NCBI GenBank assembly: GCA_964014485.1
Contig: CAXHAT010000051.1
Coordinates: 1 to 42,718, forward strand
Length of the DNA: 42,718 nt
Source of the DNA: an uncultured Deferribacteres bacterium
Lineage (GTDB): Bacteria > Zhuqueibacterota > Zhuqueibacteria > Zhuqueibacterales > Geothermadaptataceae
Direction: 5' to 3'
Position numbers and translations under genes: made by a program
Shown here: positions 17,999 to 26,828 of the stretch, piece by piece
How the letters are laid out: the number at the start of each line of letters is the position of its first letter
Position numbering within the stretch: position 1 is the stretch's first letter
The notes under the pieces: generated by a model
What the model was told of the DNA's origin: nothing
Databases searched by the model: none
What the model saw: the letters and a program-made list of their open reading frames with translations, nothing else

Positions 17999-18993
17999 TG
18001 AGTTACCGAAAAGTCCTGTGTGTTTTTGAAAGTATGCTGAAAGCCGTTCCGATTGCGCAAATACGGCAATAGGCCAAAATAAGACAAAATGAATAAAAAT
18101 GAAACGGCGATGACGCCGCCGCGCACAATATCCGGCCACTCAGTATGCCGGGTCACGAATCCCTCCAGAAAACCGGCGATGATGAACAATGGTATGAGAC
18201 CAATTACAATTTTCAGGCCCTTTTTGGCGCCCTTGCGAAATGATCGACCGCGAGTATAAGTCTTCGGGAAAAGAATGCTGTTACCGATCACCAGCCCGGC
18301 GGCGCCGGCGATGACGATGGCCGAAATTTCAATAGCGCCGTGTATCCAGATTGTTAAAGCCGATTCCCTGAGAAGCCCTTGCTCGAAGAAAAAGTACTGG
18401 AAAGCGCCAAGCATGATTCCATTTTTGGCAAGAATCCACGCCGTGCCAAAGGAGAGAAAAACGCCCATCACAAAAGCGTAGAAGGAAACGAAGATATTGT
18501 TGATCGTAATTCCCACAAACATATCCGTAGCGCGCATCTTTTTGTAAACGGCCATTGGATCGCCTTGCTTGATGTTCTCAAGCGTCATGTTGACGTATCC
18601 GTCGCCAAGAATCAAGCGCAGAAAACCCTGGTCGTTTGCCGCGGAAAAAGCGCCGATGATGCAGGCGGTAAAGAAAATGATAAATGAATAGAAAAGCTCT
18701 CTACGCGCCGCCCAAATAACATCCGGCAATTCCGCACGCCAGAAAGTGGCGACACGGTTTTTTTTCTCTTTTTTGTTGCGATAAAGTTCAAGGTAAACTT
18801 TCGCCCCCAAATTATTTAGATAAGCTGTGGTCTTGCTTTTGGGATAAAACGTTCTGGCGTAGGCCAAGTCGTCCGTAACGCGAACATATGATTCCGCGAG
18901 TTGGTCGGGAGAAACAGTGCTCTGGCTTTTGAGCATTTTTTCAAACGCTCGCCACTGCTCCGCATTTTTTTGCAGGAATGCCGCTTCTTGCAT
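17995..18993 (-). CDS. Stage II sporulation protein M (SpoIIM/DUF95) family membrane protein
   Basis: DLAYARTFYP, NNIFV, NGIMLG, IHGAIEI and AGFLEGFVT motifs. Confidence 0.92.
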   Translation of the reverse strand: MQEAAFLQKNAEQWRAFEKMLKSQSTVSPDQLAESYVRVTDDLAYARTFYPKSKTTAYLNNLGAKVYLELYRNKKEKKNRVATFWRAELPDVIWAARRELFYSFIIFFTACIIGAFSAANDQGFLRLILGDGYVNMTLENIKQGDPMAVYKKMRATDMFVGITINNIFVSFYAFVMGVFLSFGTAWILAKNGIMLGAFQYFFFEQGLLRESALTIWIHGAIEISAIVIAGAAGLVIGNSILFPKTYTRGRSFRKGAKKGLKIVIGLIPLFIIAGFLEGFVTRHTEWPDIVRGGVIAVSFLFILSYFGLLPYLRNRNGFQHTFKNTQDFSVTQ

Positions 18994-19050
18994 CGTTTAA
19001 AGTCTATTTATCCAAAAGAAACTCAAACGTTCTCTTTGTCGTCGTCCAAA

Positions 19051-19719
19051 TCAGCTTTCTTCGGAATCAACAAATTCTCCCAGCAACCAACCTTCTGTAC
19101 GGACGCGGTACCAGCCGCCGACTTTTTTTACAATAGAGACGGGTGTGCCGCGACGCAAAATCCCAGCTTTCATGCTGCTCAATCCCGGCTCCAGGCGAAG
19201 ATTGAGTTTATTCGTATTCACCGAGCCGATTTTGGGGGCGTCTGCGTCAGGCTCCGCCTGCTCAGTGAAAATTTTGTCGGAGTAATTAATCCAAACATCT
19301 TCTCCACTTTCGACCGCTTCCGCGACGGGAGGATAGACGCGCTTGTACGCATTGGCGCTTTGACTGATTTTGCCATTGGCAATTGTATTGTTGTTCGCCT
19401 GATCACCAAGGAGCAGACAACCGGCGGTGTCATCATCCGTGTTGCCGACGTGAATAAGAATATCGGTGAAATTCGGAACGTCGAGAATTTCCAGCATCCC
19501 TTTGTGGATGCGGCGAAAGCGCGTTTTGTATTTCGAATGATGCTCGCCGATGGTCTTCAAGGCTATCTTGTAACGTCCGGCAGGAATGCATGTTTCACCA
19601 AAAACCTTTACTGTCCGCGCTTCATCTTCGAGGGTGTAACAAGCGAATTTCTTATCGACAAAAAGCATCCCTAACGTGCTTTCTTCCCCCGAGCTGAATC
19701 TAATGACGTCAAGCTCCAT
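19051..19719 (-). CDS. DUF5675 (L,D-peptidase-like) domain + C-terminal SH3b cell-wall-binding domain; putative peptidoglycan hydrolase
   Basis: CYTLED, TCIPAGRY and ILIHVGN..DDTAGCLLLG (His/Cys pattern); SH3b LNLRLEPG...GWYRV..GW. No signal peptide. Confidence 0.8.
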   Translation of the reverse strand: MELDVIRFSSGEESTLGMLFVDKKFACYTLEDEARTVKVFGETCIPAGRYKIALKTIGEHHSKYKTRFRRIHKGMLEILDVPNFTDILIHVGNTDDDTAGCLLLGDQANNNTIANGKISQSANAYKRVYPPVAEAVESGEDVWINYSDKIFTEQAEPDADAPKIGSVNTNKLNLRLEPGLSSMKAGILRRGTPVSIVKKVGGWYRVRTEGWLLGEFVDSEES

Positions 19720-19722
19720 CTT

Positions 19723-20220
19723 CTACCCCTTTGCATCGTCGAGAAGGCTTGTTGTAGAAATTGGCGTACCGGTCACCGTGCTTACCGCTCGGTTGCGAAC
19801 GCCGCGCTTTTCTGCACTGCGGCCGACCACCCAGGTTGAAACAATGCCGCCCCAAGCGACCCAAAATTCCGTCGGCAACTCAAAAGGATTTACTTCGACG
19901 CTGCTGAACGTTTGCACAATTGGGACAAGGCAATAATTTAGAAAAATAAAGCCGAGACCGGAATAAACCACCGTCGGACGCGCCCTTTTGGTGTAGTTGT
20001 CGCTCTGCGTCAGTTCCGCGACCAAAATGCGTTCTTTAGCGCCCAGTTCTGCGCGAATAGTTTGTTCGACTTCAGAATCGCGTTTTTGCAGCAATTGTTC
20101 GAGTTCAAGCTTAAACGCCTGCTTTTCTTCAGGGCTCGCTTTGAAACGACCGATAATCGAGTCTACGCCGCCGAGCACTTCTTTCACGCCCCCGCCTAAT
20201 AGCTTTGAAATCCAGCTCAT
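19723..20220 (-). CDS. Holin, 3TM/GTA-holin-like family
   Basis: Amphipathic N-terminus, short coil, RARPTVVY, TM, LPTEFW..W, TM, GRSAEK.G; this matches the 3TM holin pattern. Confidence 0.78.
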   Translation of the reverse strand: MSWISKLLGGGVKEVLGGVDSIIGRFKASPEEKQAFKLELEQLLQKRDSEVEQTIRAELGAKERILVAELTQSDNYTKRARPTVVYSGLGFIFLNYCLVPIVQTFSSVEVNPFELPTEFWVAWGGIVSTWVVGRSAEKRGVRNRAVSTVTGTPISTTSLLDDAKG

Positions 20221-20240
20221 TTTCGCTCCAGTTTTTGAGT

Positions 20241-20897
20241 TTACCTGATTTTATTGAGAATTAAAGTTGATGTTACGCCCATCATCGTATTCGTAACATA
20301 AGCCGTCAGCGAAGACGGATTCTTTCCAACATCGACGAGATTGATCTGCATGGTTCCCGGCCATCCGGAAACATGCGTAAAATGCACATTCGCCGTTCTC
20401 GCAGGTGAAATCGTTCCCTGACCGACGGCGGTAATAAGTTCCTGACCGATATAATACACTTTTTCCGAAATCGTCAAATTGACGCCGTTTTGCTCAATGG
20501 TCACAACGCTGTTTGCCGAAGATTGCCACTCTCCGCTCAAGTCTATCTGTCCTGTTTCGCTGCGCCGCGTCTCAGGCTCAGGGTCGTTTTCCGAAAATCG
20601 CCTTTCAGTCCGGGGATTTGCGTCATCAGTTTGATTTTTGATTTCCGACAACATATCCCGCAGTTCAGACTGGCCGCTTTTCAATTGCTCAAACTCTTCT
20701 TTGCTAATAGAAGTGTCCGTTGAATGTGTGTTCGATTTTTCCCACTCAACGGCAAAGCCGCCAGGGGCGACAACCTTGCTAATCGGCCTGTCAAGGTAAA
20801 CATTGTATCCTATCAGAACGACAATAAGGGTGAGCATAACAACAGTTACAATTCTTTTCGTTCCGGAGCCCCGGTCGTTTTTGTGTTTGTCACGCAT
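20241..20897 (-). CDS. Hypothetical bitopic membrane protein (N-terminal TM, short coiled coil, C-terminal beta-rich domain)
   Basis: 218-aa ORF with basic N-terminus then TM, and IDLSGEWQS...TIEQNG. It ends 20 nt upstream of the holin. Confidence 0.6.
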   Translation of the reverse strand: MRDKHKNDRGSGTKRIVTVVMLTLIVVLIGYNVYLDRPISKVVAPGGFAVEWEKSNTHSTDTSISKEEFEQLKSGQSELRDMLSEIKNQTDDANPRTERRFSENDPEPETRRSETGQIDLSGEWQSSANSVVTIEQNGVNLTISEKVYYIGQELITAVGQGTISPARTANVHFTHVSGWPGTMQINLVDVGKNPSSLTAYVTNTMMGVTSTLILNKIR

Positions 20898-21028
20898 TTT
20901 CTTTTCCCTCTTCTATCTTGTTTTGAACCACGAATTTATTGCTTTTCCAAGCTCGAGAACATACTATTTATCAACTGAGCGAAATTTAGCGACGAATTCC
21001 CTAATCCGTTGAACGGAAGGCTTCATTT

Positions 21029-22999
21029 GTGGCATTAAAAGAGAAGAGCGAAACGACGCAACAAACCGGCGAAAACCTGGATAACGGACGCAGCAAGCAC
21101 AGCCTGGTCAAGGACGGGTATGAGCAGTTGGCTGCACTCTACGACGTCTCTAATCAATTTTCGCAAATCTATGATGAAAACGAGTTATACAACGCCATCC
21201 CCAAGCTTCTCACGAACAGTCTCGATTTTGATCGCGCTTCTTTCCTTCTTTCCAACAAAAAACATCTCGTCTTGCGCGCTTTCTGTTTTGAAAAGAACGC
21301 GCCAAATGAGGCCTTGGCGTTTATGAAGCGCGTTCAGGAAAGCCAATTGCCGCCGCCTGAACCGTTTGAAACAAGTTTCGGAGAGAACAGAACGGTTTTT
21401 ATTCCGAACCCAAAACGAGACCCGAATTTTCCAGAAGAAGCCAGAGCCATGCACAACAAGGCTCTGGTTATAACGCCGATCCGTATCAAAAATAAGCCAA
21501 TCGGGTTGATTGCAGCGAATATGCAGCATCACGATCGGGAAATGGATCAAAACGACGTCACGCGATTCGAAATGTTCGCCAACCTGGTCGGGCACGCCGT
21601 CGAGAGCGTTCGCGCTTACCAGACGCTGGAAAAGAAGGTCAAGGCAAGAACGGAAGCGTTGGCGACTGCCAATAAAACGCTGAAAGCAAAGGCTGAGGAA
21701 CTTGAGGAAACGACTTTTTCACTCGGGCGCGCCAACATCGAGCTTCTTGCAACTCAAGAAAAGCTGGTCGAAAAGAATACGATGATGGAAAAACTCGTTC
21801 TGGAGCTTTCAAAAAGCGAGGAACGATTCCGGAATTTGGTCGAAAATGCAAACGACATTATTTATACAATTTCTTCAGAGGGCGATGTCTTGTACATCTC
21901 GCCAAATATTCTCGATCATGCCGGTTATTCCGTTCAAGAAATGACCGGCGCGTCCTTCTTGAGCTATATTCACCCTGATGATTTGGGCAAAGCAAAATCC
22001 TTTATACGCCAAATTGTGACAAGCGCTCAAAACGGACGCGGCCCTGAGTATCGCTTCAAACACGCCGGTGGCGGCTGGCGATGGTACCACACAAGCGCTT
22101 CGCCTTTGAAAGACGACGAAGGAAAAGTTATCGGGCTGATCGGCATCACGCATGATATTCACGAAGAAAAAGAAGCGCACGATGCTCTGGAAGAAAAGAA
22201 TCGCGCCTTGCAAGAAGCGCAATCCCAGCTTGTGCAATCAGAAAAAATGGCTTCACTTGGCAATTTGGTTGCAGGCATCGCACACGAAATCAATACGCCG
22301 GTCGGGGCCATTAGCAGTATGCACAAAACCTCGATGCAGGCGCAGCAAAAGCTGCTTGGCATTTTTAGAAAAGATCATCCTGAAGCATTCGAAACGAACA
22401 AAATGTTGCAGCGGATGATTAAGATCATCGATGACGCCAATCGAGTGATTGGCAGCGGCAGCGAACGTGTCATAAAAATTGTCAAACGCCTTCGCAGTTT
22501 TGCAAGACTGGACGAAGCTGAACTCAAGGACGCGGACATACACGAAGGCCTTGAAGACACGCTGACGCTCATTCATCACGAAATAAAACACAAAGTAGAG
22601 TTGCACCGCGATTTTGCAGCCATCCCTAAAATTGCATGTTTTCCCGGCAAGTTAAACCAGGTCTTTTTGAATCTTTTGGTGAACGCCACCCAGGCTATTG
22701 GGGAGAAAGGCGAGATAACTATTCAGACGCGCTCTGAAAACGGCAAGGTTAAAATTCAATTTTCTGATACGGGAAAAGGCATCGCCTCTGAAAATTTAAA
22801 TAAAGTTTTCGATCCCGGCTTTACAACCAAAGGCGTGGGAGTCGGCACGGGCCTCGGCCTTTCAATCTGTTATCGAATTATGCAAGAACATCGAGGACAA
22901 ATTAGCGTTGAGAGCAAATTGGGCTCGGGCACGACATTCACGCTCACATTGCCGACCGATCTTGATAAAATATTGGAAAGTGAAGGCGTGATAACGTAA
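21029..22999 (+). CDS. Cytoplasmic GAF-PAS sensor histidine kinase (NtrB-like)
   Basis: GAF, coiled coil, PAS/PAC (IHPDD), H-box AGIAHEINTP, N-box NLLVNA, DTGKG, FTTK and GTGLGL. Confidence 0.93.
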   Translation: MALKEKSETTQQTGENLDNGRSKHSLVKDGYEQLAALYDVSNQFSQIYDENELYNAIPKLLTNSLDFDRASFLLSNKKHLVLRAFCFEKNAPNEALAFMKRVQESQLPPPEPFETSFGENRTVFIPNPKRDPNFPEEARAMHNKALVITPIRIKNKPIGLIAANMQHHDREMDQNDVTRFEMFANLVGHAVESVRAYQTLEKKVKARTEALATANKTLKAKAEELEETTFSLGRANIELLATQEKLVEKNTMMEKLVLELSKSEERFRNLVENANDIIYTISSEGDVLYISPNILDHAGYSVQEMTGASFLSYIHPDDLGKAKSFIRQIVTSAQNGRGPEYRFKHAGGGWRWYHTSASPLKDDEGKVIGLIGITHDIHEEKEAHDALEEKNRALQEAQSQLVQSEKMASLGNLVAGIAHEINTPVGAISSMHKTSMQAQQKLLGIFRKDHPEAFETNKMLQRMIKIIDDANRVIGSGSERVIKIVKRLRSFARLDEAELKDADIHEGLEDTLTLIHHEIKHKVELHRDFAAIPKIACFPGKLNQVFLNLLVNATQAIGEKGEITIQTRSENGKVKIQFSDTGKGIASENLNKVFDPGFTTKGVGVGTGLGLSICYRIMQEHRGQISVESKLGSGTTFTLTLPTDLDKILESEGVIT

Positions 23000-23253
23000 A
23001 TGCCCATAATTTTATCAAATCCTGAGAAGACCTTCAAAATAAAGCTGAACTTTTTGGGGAACTAATCTTCTAACCTTCCGTTCAACCCCGCCTGTTTTTC
23101 TCAAGAAAGTAACATTCTACAATAATTTGTAGGGAAAATACTCGAAAATCGATGTTTTATGAAGTAGACGCAGCCTTATTTTGGTCTGCGTTCGAAATAT
23201 AGAACAATTCACAGTTTGTTGGCGTCATTATTGAAGAAGAGTGATGCAGTTCT

Positions 23254-23325
23254 CAGAAACGGAGCAGAGAGATTCAGGACTTGCGCAGAAACTGCGCATT
23301 TGCTGGTTTAAAACTGCGCAGTTTC
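23254..23325. promoter_or_regulatory. Candidate transcription-factor binding array
   Basis: 17-bp palindrome TGCGCAGAAACTGCGCA (23282-23298), palindrome AAACTGCGCAGTTT (23311-23324) and related CAGAAACGGAGCA (23254-23266). Confidence 0.4.
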
Positions 23326-23420
23326 TTTGGCAAACGAAAGAAGAAAAAAAGAAGCAAGGCTCTTAAAGAGCAATATCCCGAACCTGGTCGGGCGGCTGGA
23401 CGAAAAAGGAAGGTAAAGTC

Positions 23421-23495
23421 ATGAAGGATCAATACCCTGTTATATTTGTAGTCACCGTATTTGTGGCTTCAATTGTCAAATTTCTGGCTTTCTAA
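23421..23495 (+). CDS. Putative 24-aa small membrane peptide MKDQYPVIFVVTVFVASIVKFLAF
   Basis: AAGGAAGG RBS about 7 nt upstream, a single hydrophobic helix, followed by a terminator hairpin. Too short for the ORF track. Confidence 0.5.
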   Translation: MKDQYPVIFVVTVFVASIVKFLAF

Positions 23496-23514
23496 TTAGA
23501 GAGTCATAGCTTTC

Positions 23515-23564
23515 AGAGCGCTTGTCGTAATCAATTCTATAGTTCATCGCGGCAAGCGCTTTTT
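23515..23564. terminator. Probable intrinsic terminator
   Basis: AGAGCGCTTGTCG...CGGCAAGCGCTTTTT stem with a + strand T-tract, lying between convergent genes. Confidence 0.6.
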
Positions 23565-23629
23565 AGTTTTCCCCTAATTCATCTCACCTAGAGTTCCTCA
23601 AACACTTCTTCCCCACTCTCAAATTTTCG

Positions 23630-24769
23630 CTACTCCGGAAACATCGATGCATCAATGCCGGGAATAATCTTGAGCGCATTTTTATAATAAAGTTTTTTCA
23701 GGACGTCGTCTGAAAGCGCCAAGCCGTACATTTTCCAGAAAGCGTGTCGCTTGCGATAATAATCGAAGTATTCGTCAGCCGTTTCCAAAACGCGAAAATA
23801 GACGTAATACTCTTCCGGAGCCCAGACGTCTTTACCGAAAAGCACCCGGTCTTGATATTTTGTAAACCATTCCTTGGCAAATCGCGGCTGCCTCCCCGGC
23901 TCATAAATGATGGCGCCAATCTCCGTGTACATATTTGGGATTTCATCAAGAATCTTTCCGAGCTTCGCCAAATCATTGGCCATCCACGCCATGTGTGCGC
24001 TGATGAAGGTCGTGTTGGGATGCTTGCGAAAAACGTTGAACTGCGCATTCATCACGCCGTCAAACGACGGATCATCTTTGATTGGATAGCGGTATCGCCC
24101 CGGCCGCTGCTTAAGCTCAAGCCAACGTTCATTGTGCTTATCGTGCGGCGACCAGAAAGGCGCCGGATCGCCGGAATGGATCAGAACAGGAACGCCAAGT
24201 TCGCCGCATTTGGCCCAAATCGGGTCGAGGCGCTCATCATCCACCGGGACGCGCTTGCCGGAAGTATCTTTCACTTCAAGCCCGAGGTTTTTGTAAATTT
24301 TCAGTCCTTGCGCGCCGTTTCGAATGTCGCGTTCCAAGTCTGCCGTCGCTTTTTCCGTCCAGCCTGCATTGCCAATGCCGGTGAAATCGATATTGGTGAA
24401 AACAATAAAACGCCCGGGCGCGGCCTGCTTTGCGTTCGCAACCGCCGCTTTCAAAAAATCGCTGTCATTCAATCCCAGAGAAAATGAACCGTCCGGGTTT
24501 TCGATGCGATTAAATCCTCGTCCGCTAAGATTGACCATCACCGCCATATTGAGTTTGTCCATCTCAGCAACCACTTCAGTCAAATCCTGATTCGGCATGT
24601 TGAATTGATGATTGTGCACGTCAATGAACGGAAATTTCGCCCGCTTCGTTACGTGCTCCGGGACGACAAGCGTCGATTTCGGCGCGTATTCTTCAAATGA
24701 CATTTCCTGGCAAAAGGCCGCGCCGGCGGTTAAAAAGAAAACAACGAAAATGATCGTATTTTTACCCAT
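23630..24769 (-). CDS. Secreted metal-dependent amidohydrolase (Amidohydro_2)
   Basis: Signal peptide; IDVHNH, GLK, PVLIH, AHM and LFGKD motifs; RBS GGAGGAG before ATG24769. Confidence 0.9.
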   Translation of the reverse strand: MGKNTIIFVVFFLTAGAAFCQEMSFEEYAPKSTLVVPEHVTKRAKFPFIDVHNHQFNMPNQDLTEVVAEMDKLNMAVMVNLSGRGFNRIENPDGSFSLGLNDSDFLKAAVANAKQAAPGRFIVFTNIDFTGIGNAGWTEKATADLERDIRNGAQGLKIYKNLGLEVKDTSGKRVPVDDERLDPIWAKCGELGVPVLIHSGDPAPFWSPHDKHNERWLELKQRPGRYRYPIKDDPSFDGVMNAQFNVFRKHPNTTFISAHMAWMANDLAKLGKILDEIPNMYTEIGAIIYEPGRQPRFAKEWFTKYQDRVLFGKDVWAPEEYYVYFRVLETADEYFDYYRKRHAFWKMYGLALSDDVLKKLYYKNALKIIPGIDASMFPE

Positions 24770-25067
24770 GACTCTCCTCCCAGGTAGATAATTCTTATGA
24801 TTGGACACGATTATTTTTTGCGTTATTCGACTCATTTCCGATGGTTTAGTTTAAGCTGCAAACAACAATCATCGTAACCATTTAGCTTCCCAACCGCACT
24901 TGCGAATTTAGCAAACGAACAATCGACGTAACGCTCTCCTGATTTTACCAGAATTTAACAGCACACCGTCGCGGGAAATGACGAAATTGCGGTATTGATT
25001 CTGAAAAGAAATTCATGATTGGCGCCGAACGGGGAAACGGCGTGCGTGCAGTACAAGCAGGGTTCAG

Positions 25068-25790
25068 ATGTCATCGCAACCGCAGCCGCGTTTTACAAAA
25101 CTCTCCATCGTCATTCCCGCTTTTTGTGAAGAAAAATCTATTGAAACGTTACTCAGCCGCGTCTATCGCGTCGAAACGCCGATTCCTAAAGAAGTGATCG
25201 TTGTGGACGACGCTTCGACGGACGAGACGTGCCGCATTCTCAAGAATCTTCAGCAAAAATACCCCGATTTAAAACTTGCGTTTCACGCCGCAAATTTCGG
25301 CAAGGGCGCAGCCTTGCGAACAGGCTTTGGCATGGTCACCGGCGACCTCGTCGTCATTCAGGACGCAGACCTTGAATACAATCCAGCCGATTACGGCATC
25401 CTCCTGAAACCAATCTTAAACGGTAGAGCGGACGTCGTTTACGGCTCCCGCTTCCTTGGCAAAGGCCGACGCGTGCGCCACTTTTGGCATTATGTCGGGA
25501 ATCGCATGATAACGCTGGTTTCCAACATGTTCAGTAATTTAAATTTAAACGACATGGAGACTTGCTACAAAGCGTTTGACGCTCGGATTTTGCCGCAACT
25601 GCATTTAAAATCAAATCGCTTCGGCTTTGAACCTGAGTTCACCGTGAAAATCGCCAAGCTCAAATGTCGCGTGCATGAAGTGCCGATTTCTTATGACGGC
25701 AGAACCTATGATGAGGGCAAAAAAATCACCTGGCGCGACGGCGTGGCGGCGGTTTGGCATTTGTTTCGGTTCCGCTTTCTCGAGCGGTGA
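25068..25790 (+). CDS. GT2 glycosyltransferase (DPM1-like)
   Basis: SIVIPA, VVDDASTD, GKGAA, QDADLEY, DMETCYK and FGFEPE motifs. Confidence 0.93.
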   Translation: MSSQPQPRFTKLSIVIPAFCEEKSIETLLSRVYRVETPIPKEVIVVDDASTDETCRILKNLQQKYPDLKLAFHAANFGKGAALRTGFGMVTGDLVVIQDADLEYNPADYGILLKPILNGRADVVYGSRFLGKGRRVRHFWHYVGNRMITLVSNMFSNLNLNDMETCYKAFDARILPQLHLKSNRFGFEPEFTVKIAKLKCRVHEVPISYDGRTYDEGKKITWRDGVAAVWHLFRFRFLER

Positions 25791-25792
25791 TA

Positions 25793-26704
25793 CTAAAAAA
25801 TTTTCAGTGTTAAAAAGCTGAGCGCCAAGCCAGCATAGGTTGTAAGGGAATTGAGCAAAAGCAGTTTTTTGAACTTATTGAGGTCGGGAACATGCTGATA
25901 ATCCGCGGTTTTCCCGAGTCTGCGCGTTTTGTTGAGCAAGATTGCTGGAATCCCCCCCCCGAGCATCAACAAAGCAAAATTATGCATCCCAGCTAGAAAA
26001 TAAGCTACACAAATCAATAGGGTCGCTGCTTGCAGGAAGACAATAAAACGGTTCGTTTTCTGTGCGCCAAATATCACGCAAAAGGTTCGCTTGCCGTTTA
26101 GGCGGTCGGCAGGCTCGTGCTTAAGACCGCTCGCTAAAGCGCTTATCGAAGCTAACGGGACGCATGGAAGGACGTACAGAAAAATTTCAAATTGATGCAC
26201 GCCAGAATAAATGTAGAAACCAAAGACTGGAAGAAGGCATCCGACGCCGAGCGTTTCAAGCAATTCGCCGCCGCCGCGATAATTCAATTTGAACGGGGGG
26301 AAACTATACGCGGCAAACAGAAACAATCCCGCGATCACCAACCACGGCGCATCCGGACGGCGGAACCACACCGCAAGCACGCCCCCTCCCACTAGCAACA
26401 GAACCGTCGCCGTTAAACCCGCCGCCAAAATCTTTTTTTCCGAAATCAAATCGTTTGGGATGACGCGCACGTCCAGGAGAGCCGGAAAAGTTTTTTGATG
26501 GCGCGCATCAGATTCGGCGTCGGCATAATCGTTGAGCAAAACGATGAACAATTGCGTTAGCGCTGCGAACAGGACAAGCACGATCGCAAATCTGAAATTT
26601 CCCCAGCCAACACTGTGAATGCCGGCGCTTAATCCAACCAAAATCGGCAAGAGAATCTTGAGCAGAGCAGGCGGCTTGACTGCGATCAACCAGGGGCTTG
26701 GCAT
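25793..26704 (-). CDS. menA: UbiA-family prenyltransferase (MenA-like)
   Basis: NDYAD..SD motif, YSFPPFKLNYRGGGE, a degenerate second motif LKHEPADRLNGKRT, many TMs. Confidence 0.7.
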   Translation of the reverse strand: MPSPWLIAVKPPALLKILLPILVGLSAGIHSVGWGNFRFAIVLVLFAALTQLFIVLLNDYADAESDARHQKTFPALLDVRVIPNDLISEKKILAAGLTATVLLLVGGGVLAVWFRRPDAPWLVIAGLFLFAAYSFPPFKLNYRGGGELLETLGVGCLLPVFGFYIYSGVHQFEIFLYVLPCVPLASISALASGLKHEPADRLNGKRTFCVIFGAQKTNRFIVFLQAATLLICVAYFLAGMHNFALLMLGGGIPAILLNKTRRLGKTADYQHVPDLNKFKKLLLLNSLTTYAGLALSFLTLKIF

Positions 26705-26828
26705 TTGGAGCAAAGTTCTTTGGAGCGGAATACGCTTTCGATCTTGTTGTTTGTGGTCGAAAATTAGTACTGTGCGATACAGATTTCAAATTTGTTTTCA
26801 CCAACGGAGTAAGCAGGCTGACAAATTG

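Noticed and set aside
19051..20897. Prophage
   Set aside because: There are no structural, packaging, integrase or replication genes, and the flanks are ordinary cellular genes.
6736..22999. LytTR regulator and GAF-PAS kinase as a cognate pair
   Set aside because: They are more than 13 kb apart, and the kinase is NtrB-type rather than the LytS-type that usually partners LytTR regulators.
25952..25960. G9 tract in the menA-like gene as a phase-variation site
   Set aside because: It is short and simply encodes Gly-Gly-Gly, with no other support.
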